A stretch of 64,000 nt of DNA from Clostridia bacterium (GTDB taxonomy: Bacteria > Bacillota > Clostridia > Oscillospirales > CAG-272): positions 4,797-68,796 of the forward strand of contig JAFUKI010000077.1 of NCBI GenBank assembly GCA_017467815.1. Direction: 5' to 3'. Below, piece by piece: positions 40,639 to 50,450 of this stretch (position 1 is the stretch's first letter; each line of letters starts with the position of its first letter). The notes beneath the pieces were generated by a model. It was not told the origin of the DNA and made no database searches. It was given only the letters and a program-made list of their open reading frames with translations. The position numbers and the translations under genes were made by a program.

Positions 40639-40844
40639 AATCCTCCCCCTTATACCGCCAGTGCCGCCCGGAATCACGGGTCTGTCACTGTTTTTTGTAT
40701 TCGCCGCATCGACAGCAGTCCTGTACTGCCGCTTGTGGCGTATTTTCATATTTATCAGGTATCATATACCAAGTATAGTATATCATATTTTGCGGATTTT
40801 GTCCATGCAAAAATTTCGTTTCCAGGGTGTATCGGGTGAAAAAT

Positions 40845-41432
40845 TCAGGACTGCAGATGGGTCAGATAATACTGCATATCCTCCCCGGCTTCGATGAGAA
40901 TCCCCACATATCTCTCCCCGTCTAAGAATACAAGCAGCAGCGCTTCCCTGCGGAACAGCGTGATGGTGTAATCGTACAGAGCCATACCGGGATATTTTTT
41001 TCTCGCATCCTTCAGGGACACAGTGCCGTCAGCGGATTTTTCCGACACGGGAATCGCCCGTACAAGCTGTTCCAGTCCCAGCAGACACTCCAGAACCCCG
41101 TTTTTCCGTCCCTGCCCCCTGACCACGGCAAAATCCAGCATATCCTTGGGCAGATGGGTGATGTGCATGGGCATATCTTCCGTCAGAACCGTGCCGATAC
41201 CGGGTACGGTCTTGTCACTTTTGGTGCGGATGGAGTATACAAACCAGGTCATATGGTACCGCACCAGCAGATACAGCATGGCAACGATTCCGCCGATACA
41301 GATCAGCTGAAACAGCCAGGTAAACCGATCCGCCATATTTCCGGCAATATAGCCCACAGCGGCGATCAGCCCGGTGAGGATCATCAGTACCGTAAGGGAG
41401 GAGGTGTTCTTCTGTGTTGGTCTCCACTGCAT
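40845..41432 (-). CDS. Hypothetical membrane protein, PH/YcxB-like
   Basis: Two N-terminal transmembrane segments, then a soluble domain including FRREALLLVFLDGERYVGILIEAG. Confidence 0.45.
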   Translation of the reverse strand: MQWRPTQKNTSSLTVLMILTGLIAAVGYIAGNMADRFTWLFQLICIGGIVAMLYLLVRYHMTWFVYSIRTKSDKTVPGIGTVLTEDMPMHITHLPKDMLDFAVVRGQGRKNGVLECLLGLEQLVRAIPVSEKSADGTVSLKDARKKYPGMALYDYTITLFRREALLLVFLDGERYVGILIEAGEDMQYYLTHLQS

Positions 41433-41443
41433 AAAAATACCCC

Positions 41444-42016
41444 TTACGCCTCACCGTTCAGTATGCTGATTTCCTCTTTGGTGAGTTCCCGTTCCACCAG
41501 AGGCTGCATCGCGTGATGAACAGGGTTTTCGCTTTCGTAATTTTCCGTAATCTGCATGAAGCAGTACAGCGCCGTATCTTCGCTGACGGTTACATTGTCA
41601 AACACCAGCCGGCGGTACCGGTAAATCCCCTTTTCGTAGGAATCCACGGAAGTGGGAGAAACCCGGTCATTGCCGTTTTCGTCTCCCAGAGTGTAGGAAA
41701 ATTCCGTGCCTTCCGGAAGATCCGCATAGGTGTACAGACTCTTGTTGTAACGGATCGTGATCTGTACCTGACTGATCTCAGGGAAATACACAAACCCGTA
41801 CACGGAGTAATAGCCATCCTCAGCAATTTCCGCCGCAGGATCCTCGGTGGTGATGACGGTCAGCGCACCGCTGTCATAAGCCTGCCGGAGTGCATCACCG
41901 GGGACAATATCCGTCATAACACTGCGGTCAGCGGATACACAGCAGCGCAGGATGATCAGCACGCACAGAATGAGTACAATAACCGTAACGGTGGTGGATA
42001 TAATTTTTTTGAACAT
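41444..42016 (-). CDS. Hypothetical single-pass/secreted protein
   Basis: MFKKIISTTVTVIVLILCVLIILRCCV signal-anchor; start at 42016. Confidence 0.5.
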   Translation of the reverse strand: MFKKIISTTVTVIVLILCVLIILRCCVSADRSVMTDIVPGDALRQAYDSGALTVITTEDPAAEIAEDGYYSVYGFVYFPEISQVQITIRYNKSLYTYADLPEGTEFSYTLGDENGNDRVSPTSVDSYEKGIYRYRRLVFDNVTVSEDTALYCFMQITENYESENPVHHAMQPLVERELTKEEISILNGEA

Positions 42017-42225
42017 AATCAGACTCCAGTCGGTAAAATACCGATATACACATAAATATACATATATTGTATCATGTAAAAATGAATAATTCAAGATAAG
42101 TATAACAGAATAACCGGCTCAGGAGAGAAAACTTTCTCCGAAGCCGGTTTTTGGTGAAAAATGTATTTTTGGAAGCGTTGTGTGAAGTGGAATCAGGTTG
42201 AAGATTGCAGACGGACGACCGATGA

Positions 42226-43233
42226 TCAATCCAGCTTCATTCCATCCGACACCAGATCCCCCTGTGCCCATTTTCGGGCGTACATTTCTTTGTCGATGGC
42301 GTTGGCGATCTCGGTCTTGCGGCGGCTCCACTGGGGGGCGAGAAGATCGTCTGCCATGCCGTCGCCGGTGATTCTGCCAATGATGGTTTCCGGGGGGAGG
42401 AGACGGAGCTGGCGGCATACCAGATGGGTGTAGGCTTCCTTCTCCATGGGGGTATAGGCACCGGATCCGTACCATCCGGCAAGGGCGGTATCCCGTAGTA
42501 CGTGAAGCAGATGGATCTTTACCATATCCGGACGGAGGGAAGCGGTGACGGATGCGCTTGCCAGCATATCCTCCTCCGTTTCGCCGGGCAGACCGTTGAT
42601 CAGATGGATACCCACGGACAGCTTCCCGTATCCCGGTTTTGCATCGGGAGAAAGCTGACGGGCAAGATGGTAAAGCCGGTCGTACCCGTCCAGAAAATCC
42701 ACAAAACTGTGTCCTCTGTTGATCCTCTCCGCCGTGCGGTCATGTACGGACTGCAGACCCAATTCCACCATAACGGGAATCTTTTCCGCCGTTTCTGCCA
42801 GAAGTTCCAGAATCTCCTCCCCCAGACAGTCGGCACGGGTCCCGATCCCCAGCATTACGGCACCGGGCAGCCCTGCGGCTGTGAAAAATGCCTGCCGAAG
42901 TGCGGAGATATCCCCATAGGTATTGGTGCCGGACTGGAAATAGGGAATATACCCGACCACTTTCCACTTCCGTCCTGCCACCGCAATGCCGTTTTCATAC
43001 TGTACCCCGATGCCTTCCCCGATGGCACTTCTGCTGCCGTCCTTGCAGTATATACAGCCGCCCTTTCCACGGGTTCCATCCTTGTTGGGACAGGTGCAGC
43101 CGATGTCCAGCGTAACCTTGGCGCATTTGCCCCCGAAACGCTGTCTTGTATAATAATCAAAGGTCTGATATCGCTTGTTCGTATCGGAATACGGATACGG
43201 ATTTTCCTTTTGCTGTGACATAATATACTCCAT
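42226..43233 (-). CDS. TIGR01212-like (YtqA) radical SAM protein
   Basis: YYTRQRFGGKCAKVTLDIGCTCPNKDGTRGKGGCIYC (CxxxxxxxCxxC motif), ELGLQSVHDRTAERINRGH. Confidence 0.9.
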   Translation of the reverse strand: MEYIMSQQKENPYPYSDTNKRYQTFDYYTRQRFGGKCAKVTLDIGCTCPNKDGTRGKGGCIYCKDGSRSAIGEGIGVQYENGIAVAGRKWKVVGYIPYFQSGTNTYGDISALRQAFFTAAGLPGAVMLGIGTRADCLGEEILELLAETAEKIPVMVELGLQSVHDRTAERINRGHSFVDFLDGYDRLYHLARQLSPDAKPGYGKLSVGIHLINGLPGETEEDMLASASVTASLRPDMVKIHLLHVLRDTALAGWYGSGAYTPMEKEAYTHLVCRQLRLLPPETIIGRITGDGMADDLLAPQWSRRKTEIANAIDKEMYARKWAQGDLVSDGMKLD

Positions 43234-43314
43234 TCTTCCGTTTGGTATCTCTATTATAACACAGTTTTCACCGTTTGCAAAGCCGGATGGGGATTTTTGT
43301 ACATCGAACCTGTT

Positions 43315-44400
43315 TTATCCCACGATCGCAAGGGGGGATGCCGTATGGCTGCCGATATGCACCGCAGATACAAGCCGTATGCCGTCCGCCGTACCGATGT
43401 ATATGTTGGACTTCACCACGGACAGAGCATCGGTGGTGTACCAGCTGGAAGAAGCACCGTTTTCTCCATTGGTGCGCAGTCGGTACCATACAGAATTCGC
43501 ACCTGCCGGAACTGTGTCGGGATACTGCAGGGCTGTGCCGGTGTACAGAGTGATGAAATCCGTACCGTTGACGGAACGCTCCAGGGTATAGCTGACTACG
43601 GGAACCAGATCGCTCTGCACAGCTTCCCAGGATATATTAACTTTGCTTCCCGCAAGGAGCATTCCCGCAGAGAGGGCGGAGGGAGCAGTGGGACGGGAAG
43701 CACTTTGACCAATGGTCTGCACCGGTGTCTCGATTTGGGTAATGGAAACATATTGGGAATAGGAATTTGACCACTCCGCCTCGTCATAGGTGCAGTACTG
43801 CAGAACCATGTACCACTCGTACCCGAGAACATCCCCCAGCGTGCAGGTACATTCCGTTTCTCTGGATGCAGAGAGTAGAACGGTCCCCGTAAATTCCGTT
43901 TCCCCCGGCGCACGCATATAAAGGGTCAGTTTGTTCACCGCCCCGAAATGTCCTTCATCCAGCTCGGACTGGGTGACCGTCAGCGTGTTGACATGATCGG
44001 CGTACAGTTCCGGTGTAAAGGAGATGTACGGCGGAATGTCACAGTTTGAGAAATACTGGAGAAAATAGGCGGCGGAAGAGCCGGATGCCTGGAAGGTGTT
44101 CTGCACACCGGTTTTGGATTCCAAACGTACCCTCTGGGATGCATCGGGCTGATAGGGAATCATGCATACCATGGTCTCCCATCCTTCCCGCGACTCAAAC
44201 TGGTAGGTTTCGCTGTTGTAGGAACACTGGAGTCTTTCACCGGGATCCCCGACGGACGGATCATCGTATTCCGAAATCACACACAGGTACTCCCCCCAGC
44301 GCAGTACGGCATAGTTCAGATAATTGCCGTTAAGAGCATATTTCTGACTGGCTGAGTAACCCAGACAGTGCCGCTCACCGTTTGTATAGTCTAAAATCAT
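43315..44400 (-). CDS. Phage structural protein with fibronectin type III-like region
   Basis: C-terminal PTAPSALSAGMLLAGSKVNISWEAVQSDLVPVVSYTLERSVNGTDFITLYTG FN3-like; last gene of the tail module. Confidence 0.6.
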   Translation of the reverse strand: MILDYTNGERHCLGYSASQKYALNGNYLNYAVLRWGEYLCVISEYDDPSVGDPGERLQCSYNSETYQFESREGWETMVCMIPYQPDASQRVRLESKTGVQNTFQASGSSAAYFLQYFSNCDIPPYISFTPELYADHVNTLTVTQSELDEGHFGAVNKLTLYMRAPGETEFTGTVLLSASRETECTCTLGDVLGYEWYMVLQYCTYDEAEWSNSYSQYVSITQIETPVQTIGQSASRPTAPSALSAGMLLAGSKVNISWEAVQSDLVPVVSYTLERSVNGTDFITLYTGTALQYPDTVPAGANSVWYRLRTNGENGASSSWYTTDALSVVKSNIYIGTADGIRLVSAVHIGSHTASPLAIVG

Positions 44401-44415
44401 GGATATCCCCCCTTA

Positions 44416-45129
44416 TTATTCGGAAATCAGCAGGAAAATTTCCCCTTCCGGAAGGGAATCGGGCAGGGTGTAGCCATAGCGGATGTTGCGTACCGCAGAA
44501 GCACCGGTACTGTCGCTTGCCGCCTGCAGTATCCCAGTCATCACACCGCCGGATTTCGGCAGCAGCGCTTCCGCTGTCAGTCCCCCTACCGCACCGCTGT
44601 TTTTCGCATAGGCGACATTGTCCAGACTGTCCCCCGCACCGGTAACAGGACCGCAGACCGTTTCGTCCGAGCGTCTGTCGTTGATCATATCCGCCGTCAC
44701 GATACCGCTGTTCGCCGGAACGGTAACCTCCGCCAGCAGCAGATCCCATACCTCATCATTGCGCATGGGAAGTCCCGCAGCATCTTCCGCAGCTTCCAGG
44801 GTGAAATAGCCGGATGTACGGTGCAGGCGGAGACAGATGCCGTAGGTGTGACCGGATGCAGCCGGCAGAGTGACCGTTTCCTTCAGCCATGCCATATGCC
44901 CGAAGATCCAGGCGCATCCGGGGGATACGGACAGGGTGAGCCCTTCCCCGGGGATAACGGCAAAACTGCCGTCCGCCGGTCTGATAACGCCGTCCGCATA
45001 GAAACAGCGCATCATCTGTGCGAAAAACGCAGCATCCACCGCTTTGTTGCCGCGGGGGAATCCGTCCACGGTTTCCACAATAGAAGTGGAGTCAAACATT
45101 CCTCCGTCAATTTGAATGGTCGTATTCAT
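44416..45129 (-). CDS. Phage distal tail/receptor-binding type protein
   Basis: Gly/Thr-rich, ...FFAQMMRCFYADGVIRPADGSFAVIPGEGLTLSVSPGCAWIFGHMAWL...; position after the Gp37-like gene. Confidence 0.6.
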   Translation of the reverse strand: MNTTIQIDGGMFDSTSIVETVDGFPRGNKAVDAAFFAQMMRCFYADGVIRPADGSFAVIPGEGLTLSVSPGCAWIFGHMAWLKETVTLPAASGHTYGICLRLHRTSGYFTLEAAEDAAGLPMRNDEVWDLLLAEVTVPANSGIVTADMINDRRSDETVCGPVTGAGDSLDNVAYAKNSGAVGGLTAEALLPKSGGVMTGILQAASDSTGASAVRNIRYGYTLPDSLPEGEIFLLISE

Positions 45130-45144
45130 GGTAAAACCTCCGTT

Positions 45145-46185
45145 TTATTTGTTCAGTTTGCTTATCAGATGGCGTATGTCTGTGATTTCATCCCCGAAAT
45201 AGGGGTACAGCTGTTCCACGCCGTTTTCGTATACAATATCCAGTCCCGTCAGCTGTGTGCGGATGCTGATGCCCAGAGGATGGGACTGAATCTCACAGAC
45301 ATCCCCCAGATCGAATCCGCTGCCGTACCGGGGCTGGGCGTTTCCCTCGGCGGTGCAGTCCAGACGGATACGGGACGTGCATTCTCCCAGTACCTGCTGA
45401 CCTCTGGCGGTAAGGGCGGCAATATAGGTTTCTCTGTCGGGAAAATCCGCTTCCTTCAGATCTGCCGCCTTTTTGTGGATTTCCCGTATGTCTTCCTTCC
45501 CGGTGTTTCTTTCCACCGTAACAATCACACCGTCGCCGCCCTCCATGTATACCCGATTGCGGACATCTTCTGTTTGTTTTTCAAAGGTAAGGCTGGCGAT
45601 GTTGCCGAATTCTTCCGAAAAAATCGCCATTTCCGCCCTGCTGTCCCCGTCATAGGAACGGTCGGTGCCGGTGTGAAGGCGAAAGATGCCCCGGTCTGCC
45701 GTGTAGTCGTAGTCCACGGTGAAGGAGATGCCGTAAGGCTGCAGATTGCTGTACAACCAGTCCCCAAGAGGTTCCCAGCTGCCGGAGAAGGTGACTTCGG
45801 TATCAATCACCGGCTGATCCGCCCCGATTTCCACCGGCAGAGAGTCCAGCGTGTCCTGCAGTACCGCAAGAACCACATCGGTAACGGTACCCGAATAGGT
45901 AACATTTCCGCGAAGGAGCCGGTCGGACAGCAGACACTCCAGCATCCTGCCCCTCAGTTCGATCCCATCTTCCTTTACGGAAACATATTCGATCCTGCCG
46001 CAGTGTTTCCTGTCGCAGAGATAAACCGCCGCAGAAGCAATGGCAGCGATGGTACTGTCACATCCGGGGAAAACCACCGTAAACGTGCCGCAGGAATAAT
46101 ACCGCAGGGACCAGACAACGGATGTCATGTTGTCCAGAGGCGTGTTCAGCACCGCAAAATTTTTATCCAGAAAATATAGTTCCAT
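45145..46185 (-). CDS. Siphovirus ReqiPepy6 Gp37-like tail protein
   Basis: MELYFLDKNFAVLNTPLDNMTSVVWSLRYYSCGTFTVVFP...; DIRHLISKLNK C-terminus. Confidence 0.75.
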   Translation of the reverse strand: MELYFLDKNFAVLNTPLDNMTSVVWSLRYYSCGTFTVVFPGCDSTIAAIASAAVYLCDRKHCGRIEYVSVKEDGIELRGRMLECLLSDRLLRGNVTYSGTVTDVVLAVLQDTLDSLPVEIGADQPVIDTEVTFSGSWEPLGDWLYSNLQPYGISFTVDYDYTADRGIFRLHTGTDRSYDGDSRAEMAIFSEEFGNIASLTFEKQTEDVRNRVYMEGGDGVIVTVERNTGKEDIREIHKKAADLKEADFPDRETYIAALTARGQQVLGECTSRIRLDCTAEGNAQPRYGSGFDLGDVCEIQSHPLGISIRTQLTGLDIVYENGVEQLYPYFGDEITDIRHLISKLNK

Positions 46186-46194
46186 ACATCCTCC

Positions 46195-47070
46195 TTACAG
46201 CCCGAAATACAGGGGCGTGCAGAACAGACGGACGGAAAGATAGTCCGAACCGCTGTCTGCGGAGACACTGATCCGGTTTTCGCCGGGGGAGAGTAAGAAG
46301 AAATCGCTGGTACGGTCAAAGAGGAATTTTCTTTCCCCGTTGAGCAGTACGTTTTTCTTCCCCGGACGGGTATCAATTTCCGCCGTATCCCCATCCTGCA
46401 GTGTGGTCAGCAGACGGATGTATTTGTCCCCGCAGGTCAGACAGGGATTTTCCACAATCCCGCCGGAAGCTGTCAGCACCGCCGTCATACCGCATTCCGC
46501 ATCCCCCGGATTGATCATGGTCACACTGTCCGCAGTACGGGTATAGCCGGTGGTCATGCCGGTGTTTTCCATAAAGTTCAGCGGGAAGGTCATCAGGGGA
46601 ACGGTTTGCCGGAAAGCACTTTCCACAGGTTCGGCACTCCGGTAGAAGGGTTCGGGGGCGATAAAGGTTAAGGTCACCTGCAGGGGAGAAAAGAATGTAT
46701 CCTTGGTGAGCAGGGGGACACCGTCGGGGATCACGGTGATCAGTCGGGATACGCCGTGCATCCGGATCTGCATTTCGATCTCAGAGAGGGGATTCATAAG
46801 CCGGATGATCCTGCGCCGTATCGCCCATTCTTCCGTATCGGAACCGGCATTCAACTCCGCGTGCATGGTCATATGTCTCTCCCCGAAACGTCTGCTGATG
46901 GGATGACCGCCGGGCAGACCTGCGTAGGGTTTGGTTTCCACCGCAAGGGGCGTGATGCCGAATCCCTCCAGTCCTTCCTCCAGTATGTGCATATCCGCAT
47001 CTTCGGAGGATGAGGCTGTCAGCGTAACATCCTTCCCGGATAAACGGATTTCGTAATATGTATTTGTCAA
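46195..47070 (-). CDS. Phage distal tail (Dit-like) protein
   Basis: MHAELNAGSDTEEWAIRRRIIRLMNPLSEIEMQIRMHGVSRLITVI...FFSPLQVTLTFIAPEPFYR. Confidence 0.7.
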   Translation of the reverse strand: MTNTYYEIRLSGKDVTLTASSSEDADMHILEEGLEGFGITPLAVETKPYAGLPGGHPISRRFGERHMTMHAELNAGSDTEEWAIRRRIIRLMNPLSEIEMQIRMHGVSRLITVIPDGVPLLTKDTFFSPLQVTLTFIAPEPFYRSAEPVESAFRQTVPLMTFPLNFMENTGMTTGYTRTADSVTMINPGDAECGMTAVLTASGGIVENPCLTCGDKYIRLLTTLQDGDTAEIDTRPGKKNVLLNGERKFLFDRTSDFFLLSPGENRISVSADSGSDYLSVRLFCTPLYFGL

Positions 47071-47082
47071 AATGTACCTCCT

Positions 47083-47865
47083 TTACACACGCAGCATGGC
47101 TTCGCTTTCCCGGCGTATGGCACGGGCGGTGGCATAGGGGGAGGTGTCGCTGTCTCTGAGATAGATGTTCTGAACAACATGACCGATACCGCTTTGGCTG
47201 TCTGCGGAACCGGACAGAGCGGTACGCTGACCTGCCTGCGCCAGAGAAGCCTGAATATAGCGGCTGCCGTCCAGAATTCCTTCGGCAATCCCTCTGGAAA
47301 GCATAACACCCACTTCCTCTTTCATCATTTTCGAGGGAGAAGCGATGTCGTATACTTTTTTGGCTGTTGTCATGGTCTGGTCGGAAACTGTGCGTATGGC
47401 TGCCGTAACCGCACCGGCAGAAGCAGTGATCCCGGCGGCAATTCCTTCACTGATGGACGAGCCGACGGAATACCAGTTCCCGTCAAAAGCGTTTCTGATC
47501 CGGTCTGCCGCGACCTGGGCAGCGTACACCAGAGCATTGATCCGTTCCGTGAATCCGGTGGTGATGCCGGCTGCTCCGTTTGCACCTGCGCCGCGCCAGT
47601 CTGCACTGCCGAATGCAAGGACAGCCCCTCCGGCGGCAGAAGCACTCTGTTCGTACACCTTTGCCGCCATCCCTTCCATAGCGGACATAACGGCGGAGAT
47701 GATAAGCAGCATACCCGTATCCACACCGGAAGAAGCAACTGCTGTCTGTACGCTTGCCCGGAGTCTGCCGGACAATGCGGCAAGCTGCGTTTCCAATGCG
47801 CCGATCTGTGCTGTAAACTGTTCTGTATCCAATTCGGCTGCGATGATTACCGATCCGTCTGCCAT
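47083..47865 (-). CDS. Very short tape-measure-like protein (260 aa)
   Basis: ITTGFTERINALVYAAQVAADRIRNAF...IASPSKMMKEEVGVMLSRGIAEGI (typical tape-measure C-terminal motif), between Gp15 and Dit. Confidence 0.65.
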   Translation of the reverse strand: MADGSVIIAAELDTEQFTAQIGALETQLAALSGRLRASVQTAVASSGVDTGMLLIISAVMSAMEGMAAKVYEQSASAAGGAVLAFGSADWRGAGANGAAGITTGFTERINALVYAAQVAADRIRNAFDGNWYSVGSSISEGIAAGITASAGAVTAAIRTVSDQTMTTAKKVYDIASPSKMMKEEVGVMLSRGIAEGILDGSRYIQASLAQAGQRTALSGSADSQSGIGHVVQNIYLRDSDTSPYATARAIRRESEAMLRV

Positions 47866-48443
47866 AATGATTCCTCCGTTTCTTTCTTGGATTTATGTGA
47901 ATGTCTGATGCGTACCATGGCTTTGGCACGTCTTAATTTTCTGCGCAGTTCTTCATCCTTAACCTCACTCAGATCCATACAGCGCAGTGCCGCGGTTCTC
48001 ATAAAAGCGCAGTCCGGCGGAAGGGCGGTAAGCAGGGCGAGAAACTTCCACCAGTGCAGGGTACATTCCGTCAGGTCGATACGGTATACCTGCAGAAACG
48101 CGCCGTAGATCTGATCCCCGTCCCAGACGAAATCGAATACCCCGCCTGCCGGCAGATTTTTGGAAACTGTCGGTTGTTCCGTACCTGCGCTGTCGGCGGC
48201 ATCTCCCCTGTAAAAAGCCAGAATGGCGGCAAATAATCTGTGGGGATCCACGGCTGGCAGATCATCACCGCAGTACAGCCACAGCCCCAGCTTCATCCGG
48301 GAAAGATTGTCAAGGGTGTCGTCCTTGGCAAGTTCACCGAAAAGGATCCCTGTCTGATAGTCCGTGCGGATGGGGACACACACGCCGTCAACCGTGACCG
48401 AGTAAGGCAGGGGGTGGGTCAGGACGGATGTGTGACGACTCAT
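47847..48443 (-). CDS. Bacteriophage Gp15 family protein (tail assembly)
   Basis: RTDYQTGILFGELAKDD...VFDFVWDGDQIYGAFLQVYRIDLTECTLHWWKFLALLTALP. Confidence 0.75.
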   Translation of the reverse strand: MSRHTSVLTHPLPYSVTVDGVCVPIRTDYQTGILFGELAKDDTLDNLSRMKLGLWLYCGDDLPAVDPHRLFAAILAFYRGDAADSAGTEQPTVSKNLPAGGVFDFVWDGDQIYGAFLQVYRIDLTECTLHWWKFLALLTALPPDCAFMRTAALRCMDLSEVKDEELRRKLRRAKAMVRIRHSHKSKKETEESLWQTDR

Positions 48444-48832
48444 GCGCCGGCTCCGTCCATACCCACGGGCGTTCTGCTGAGATGAATGGCAAGGGCACGT
48501 TCACGGAAACGCTGTTCCGCTTCCATACGGATGTCCACCATCGCCTGCATCTGGGCTTCCACAAAGGTGACGAAGGATACGAAAGCCCTGGTATGACTTT
48601 CCGCACTTTTCATCAGTCCGCAGATCTCCCCGGCGGATTCTTCGTCAAAGAGAATATTGAAAAAACGGCGGATATCATTGCACTGTGCGGCGATCTTCTG
48701 GGCAGGAGAAACATCCCCTTCCGCCGGTTTCTGCTCCATACTGAGCAGTGCTTCGGTCAGCCGGTACATACAGCCTTCCTCACTGACATCGAACCAGTAA
48801 TCCGTGTCATTGTAATTCCAGTTTTTGTTCAT
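48440..48832 (-). CDS. Phage tail assembly chaperone-like protein
   Basis: MNKNWNYNDTDYWFDVSEEGCMYRLTEALL...; overlaps the Gp15 gene by 4 nt, located between major tail protein and tape measure. Confidence 0.5.
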   Translation of the reverse strand: MNKNWNYNDTDYWFDVSEEGCMYRLTEALLSMEQKPAEGDVSPAQKIAAQCNDIRRFFNILFDEESAGEICGLMKSAESHTRAFVSFVTFVEAQMQAMVDIRMEAEQRFRERALAIHLSRTPVGMDGAGA

Positions 48833-48862
48833 AGATAGTCCTTTCTGAGTGTTGTTGCATTT

Positions 48863-48950
48863 AGCAGGGGGATGGAGAAAAACTTTTTGAAAAAAGTCTT
48901 TCTCCATCCCCCTGCACCCCCTTCCTCTTTTCAAAAAACTTTGAAAAAGG
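48863..48950 (+). repeat. Dispersed double-hairpin intergenic repeat, copy 5 (inside phage module)
   Basis: agcagggggatggagaaaaactttttgaaaaaagtctttctccatccccctgca + cccccttcctcttttcaaaaaactttgaaaaagg. Confidence 0.8.
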
Positions 48951-48965
48951 TTACTGTATAAAGTT

Positions 48966-49172
48966 TTATGAAACGGGGGAGGCTTTGCGATTCTGAATGT
49001 GTGTTTCCCATTTTTCCAGCCACAGGAAGATTTTCGTCAGGAGGGATTTCAGGAGCTTGCACAGCTGCAGGAGAAATTCCATCCAGTTCATGATTTTTCT
49101 GACTGTGGGGTTGGAATACTGGGGATCATTGGTCTGTTCGGGGGTGAAGCCGGTATCTGTCTGTTCCGTCAT
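48966..49172 (-). CDS. Small hypothetical phage protein
   Basis: 68 aa ORF tightly packed between tail genes. Confidence 0.4.
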   Translation of the reverse strand: MTEQTDTGFTPEQTNDPQYSNPTVRKIMNWMEFLLQLCKLLKSLLTKIFLWLEKWETHIQNRKASPVS

Positions 49173-49175
49173 GGC

Positions 49176-49667
49176 TTATACCCCTTCTGTGAATACGGCG
49201 GTGGAGAGAACGAATGTGCCGGATACGCCGTCGGATACGGATTTCAGGGTTCCGGTGTACAGAAGTGTATCCGTACCGGAGCCGCATTCATCGGGAATAA
49301 CGGAATAGACACGGCGGCGTGCGCGGCAGATGCCGGATGTGCCCGTTTCGTCGAACAGATCCACGGTGCAGATCTCCACCTGTGCTTCTTCGCCGGTACG
49401 TTCATAATCGGTGATGCTGCGCAGTTTTTCGATCACCGGATTGCCCTTGTATACTTCAAATTCGTATTCAATGGTGGGGGCATAGCCGGTTACATCGGTG
49501 CGCTTGGAGGCTTCGTGGATGTATCGTCTCTGATAACTTACCGCATTTTTGGATTCGGTAAAGTCCGTGAACCCTTCCCCGATCAGACTCCATTCCGGCG
49601 CATCGGCGGTTGCGATATTCATATAATGCCGTCTGGCGGCACGATTGACAATGGATGTTGCTGCCAT
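49176..49667 (-). CDS. Phage major tail protein
   Basis: MAATSIVNRAARRHYMNIATADAPEWSLIGEGFTDFTESKNAVSYQRRYIHEASKRTDVTGYAPTIEYEFEVY. Confidence 0.75.
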   Translation of the reverse strand: MAATSIVNRAARRHYMNIATADAPEWSLIGEGFTDFTESKNAVSYQRRYIHEASKRTDVTGYAPTIEYEFEVYKGNPVIEKLRSITDYERTGEEAQVEICTVDLFDETGTSGICRARRRVYSVIPDECGSGTDTLLYTGTLKSVSDGVSGTFVLSTAVFTEGV

Positions 49668-49691
49668 AATGATTCCTTTCTGTGTGTGGTT

Positions 49692-50099
49692 TTATTGAGA
49701 TACATGGTATTCCAGTACAAAAGCCGCCCTGTATTCTTCCGTTCCGTCCTGCCATACCGATGCTTTTGCCGGAAGGGTGGTCTGGCGGATTTTGGTGAAT
49801 ACCTTTCCGTTTTCATCCGGGGGCAGATGGGCGGAGAGCCAGTCGGTCAGGCTTTCAAACTGCCCCAGAACCGCTAATTTCCCAGCAGGGGATGCGCCGT
49901 CCGTGTACAGGGATACCCCAAAAGGGAACTGTCCGGTGTAGGAACCGTCGATGTATCTTTTGATCTGGCGGCTGGCGGAGAGGGCAGTGATCACCCCGCC
50001 CGGAACCTTTCCTTCCGTTTCCGGGAGAAAATCCCACGGACGGTCCTCCCAGGTGTTGAGTAAAGTGCATAAAGCGTTGAGGATGCTTTTTTCTTCCAT
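49692..50099 (-). CDS. Phage minor capsid / tail terminator protein
   Basis: Size and position between the HK97gp10-like gene and major tail gene; RQIKRYIDGSYTGQFPFGVSLYTD. Confidence 0.6.
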   Translation of the reverse strand: MEEKSILNALCTLLNTWEDRPWDFLPETEGKVPGGVITALSASRQIKRYIDGSYTGQFPFGVSLYTDGASPAGKLAVLGQFESLTDWLSAHLPPDENGKVFTKIRQTTLPAKASVWQDGTEEYRAAFVLEYHVSQ

Positions 50100-50103
50100 A
50101 TCG

Positions 50104-50436
50104 TTAAAACTCCTTTCCCGTCAGTGCTTTTGCCGCTGTCTGCCGCCACAATTCCAGATCCACAGCTTTGGCGGCTTCAAACCATCCTGCCTGGGCAAGG
50201 GGGTGTTTTTCTCTGGAAAAAGGTCTTTTGGCATAGTAGCATTTCTGTGCATGATCGGCAGTCCATGCTACCCCTTCCTCCGTAATGCTGCCGGATGCGG
50301 CAAGAGCGCCTGTGCGGTAGGGGACGTAGGGCGTGCTGGAATCCAGAACTGCCTGACGCATGGCTTGTGCGGCGGCTTTTGCACGGCTGGTGATGGCGTT
50401 CATAACCGAACCGGTGCTGAACTGCATGGTAAAATG
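50104..50436 (-). CDS. Phage minor capsid protein (HK97 gp10-like)
   Basis: SSTPYVPYRTGALAASGSITEEGVAWTADHAQKCYYAKRPFSREKHPLAQAGWFEAAKA. Confidence 0.65.
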   Translation of the reverse strand, partial: HFTMQFSTGSVMNAITSRAKAAAQAMRQAVLDSSTPYVPYRTGALAASGSITEEGVAWTADHAQKCYYAKRPFSREKHPLAQAGWFEAAKAVDLELWRQTAAKALTGKEF

Positions 50437-50450
50437 AACCATAGTACCTC

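Noticed and set aside
43315-45129. Diversity-generating retroelement or tail-fibre cassette inversion
   Set aside because: No reverse transcriptase, template/variable repeat or recombinase found near the distal tail genes.
48440-48443. Programmed frameshift between tail assembly chaperone genes
   Set aside because: The 48440-48832 and 47847-48443 genes overlap by a simple ATGA stop/start. No slippery heptamer was evident at the junction.
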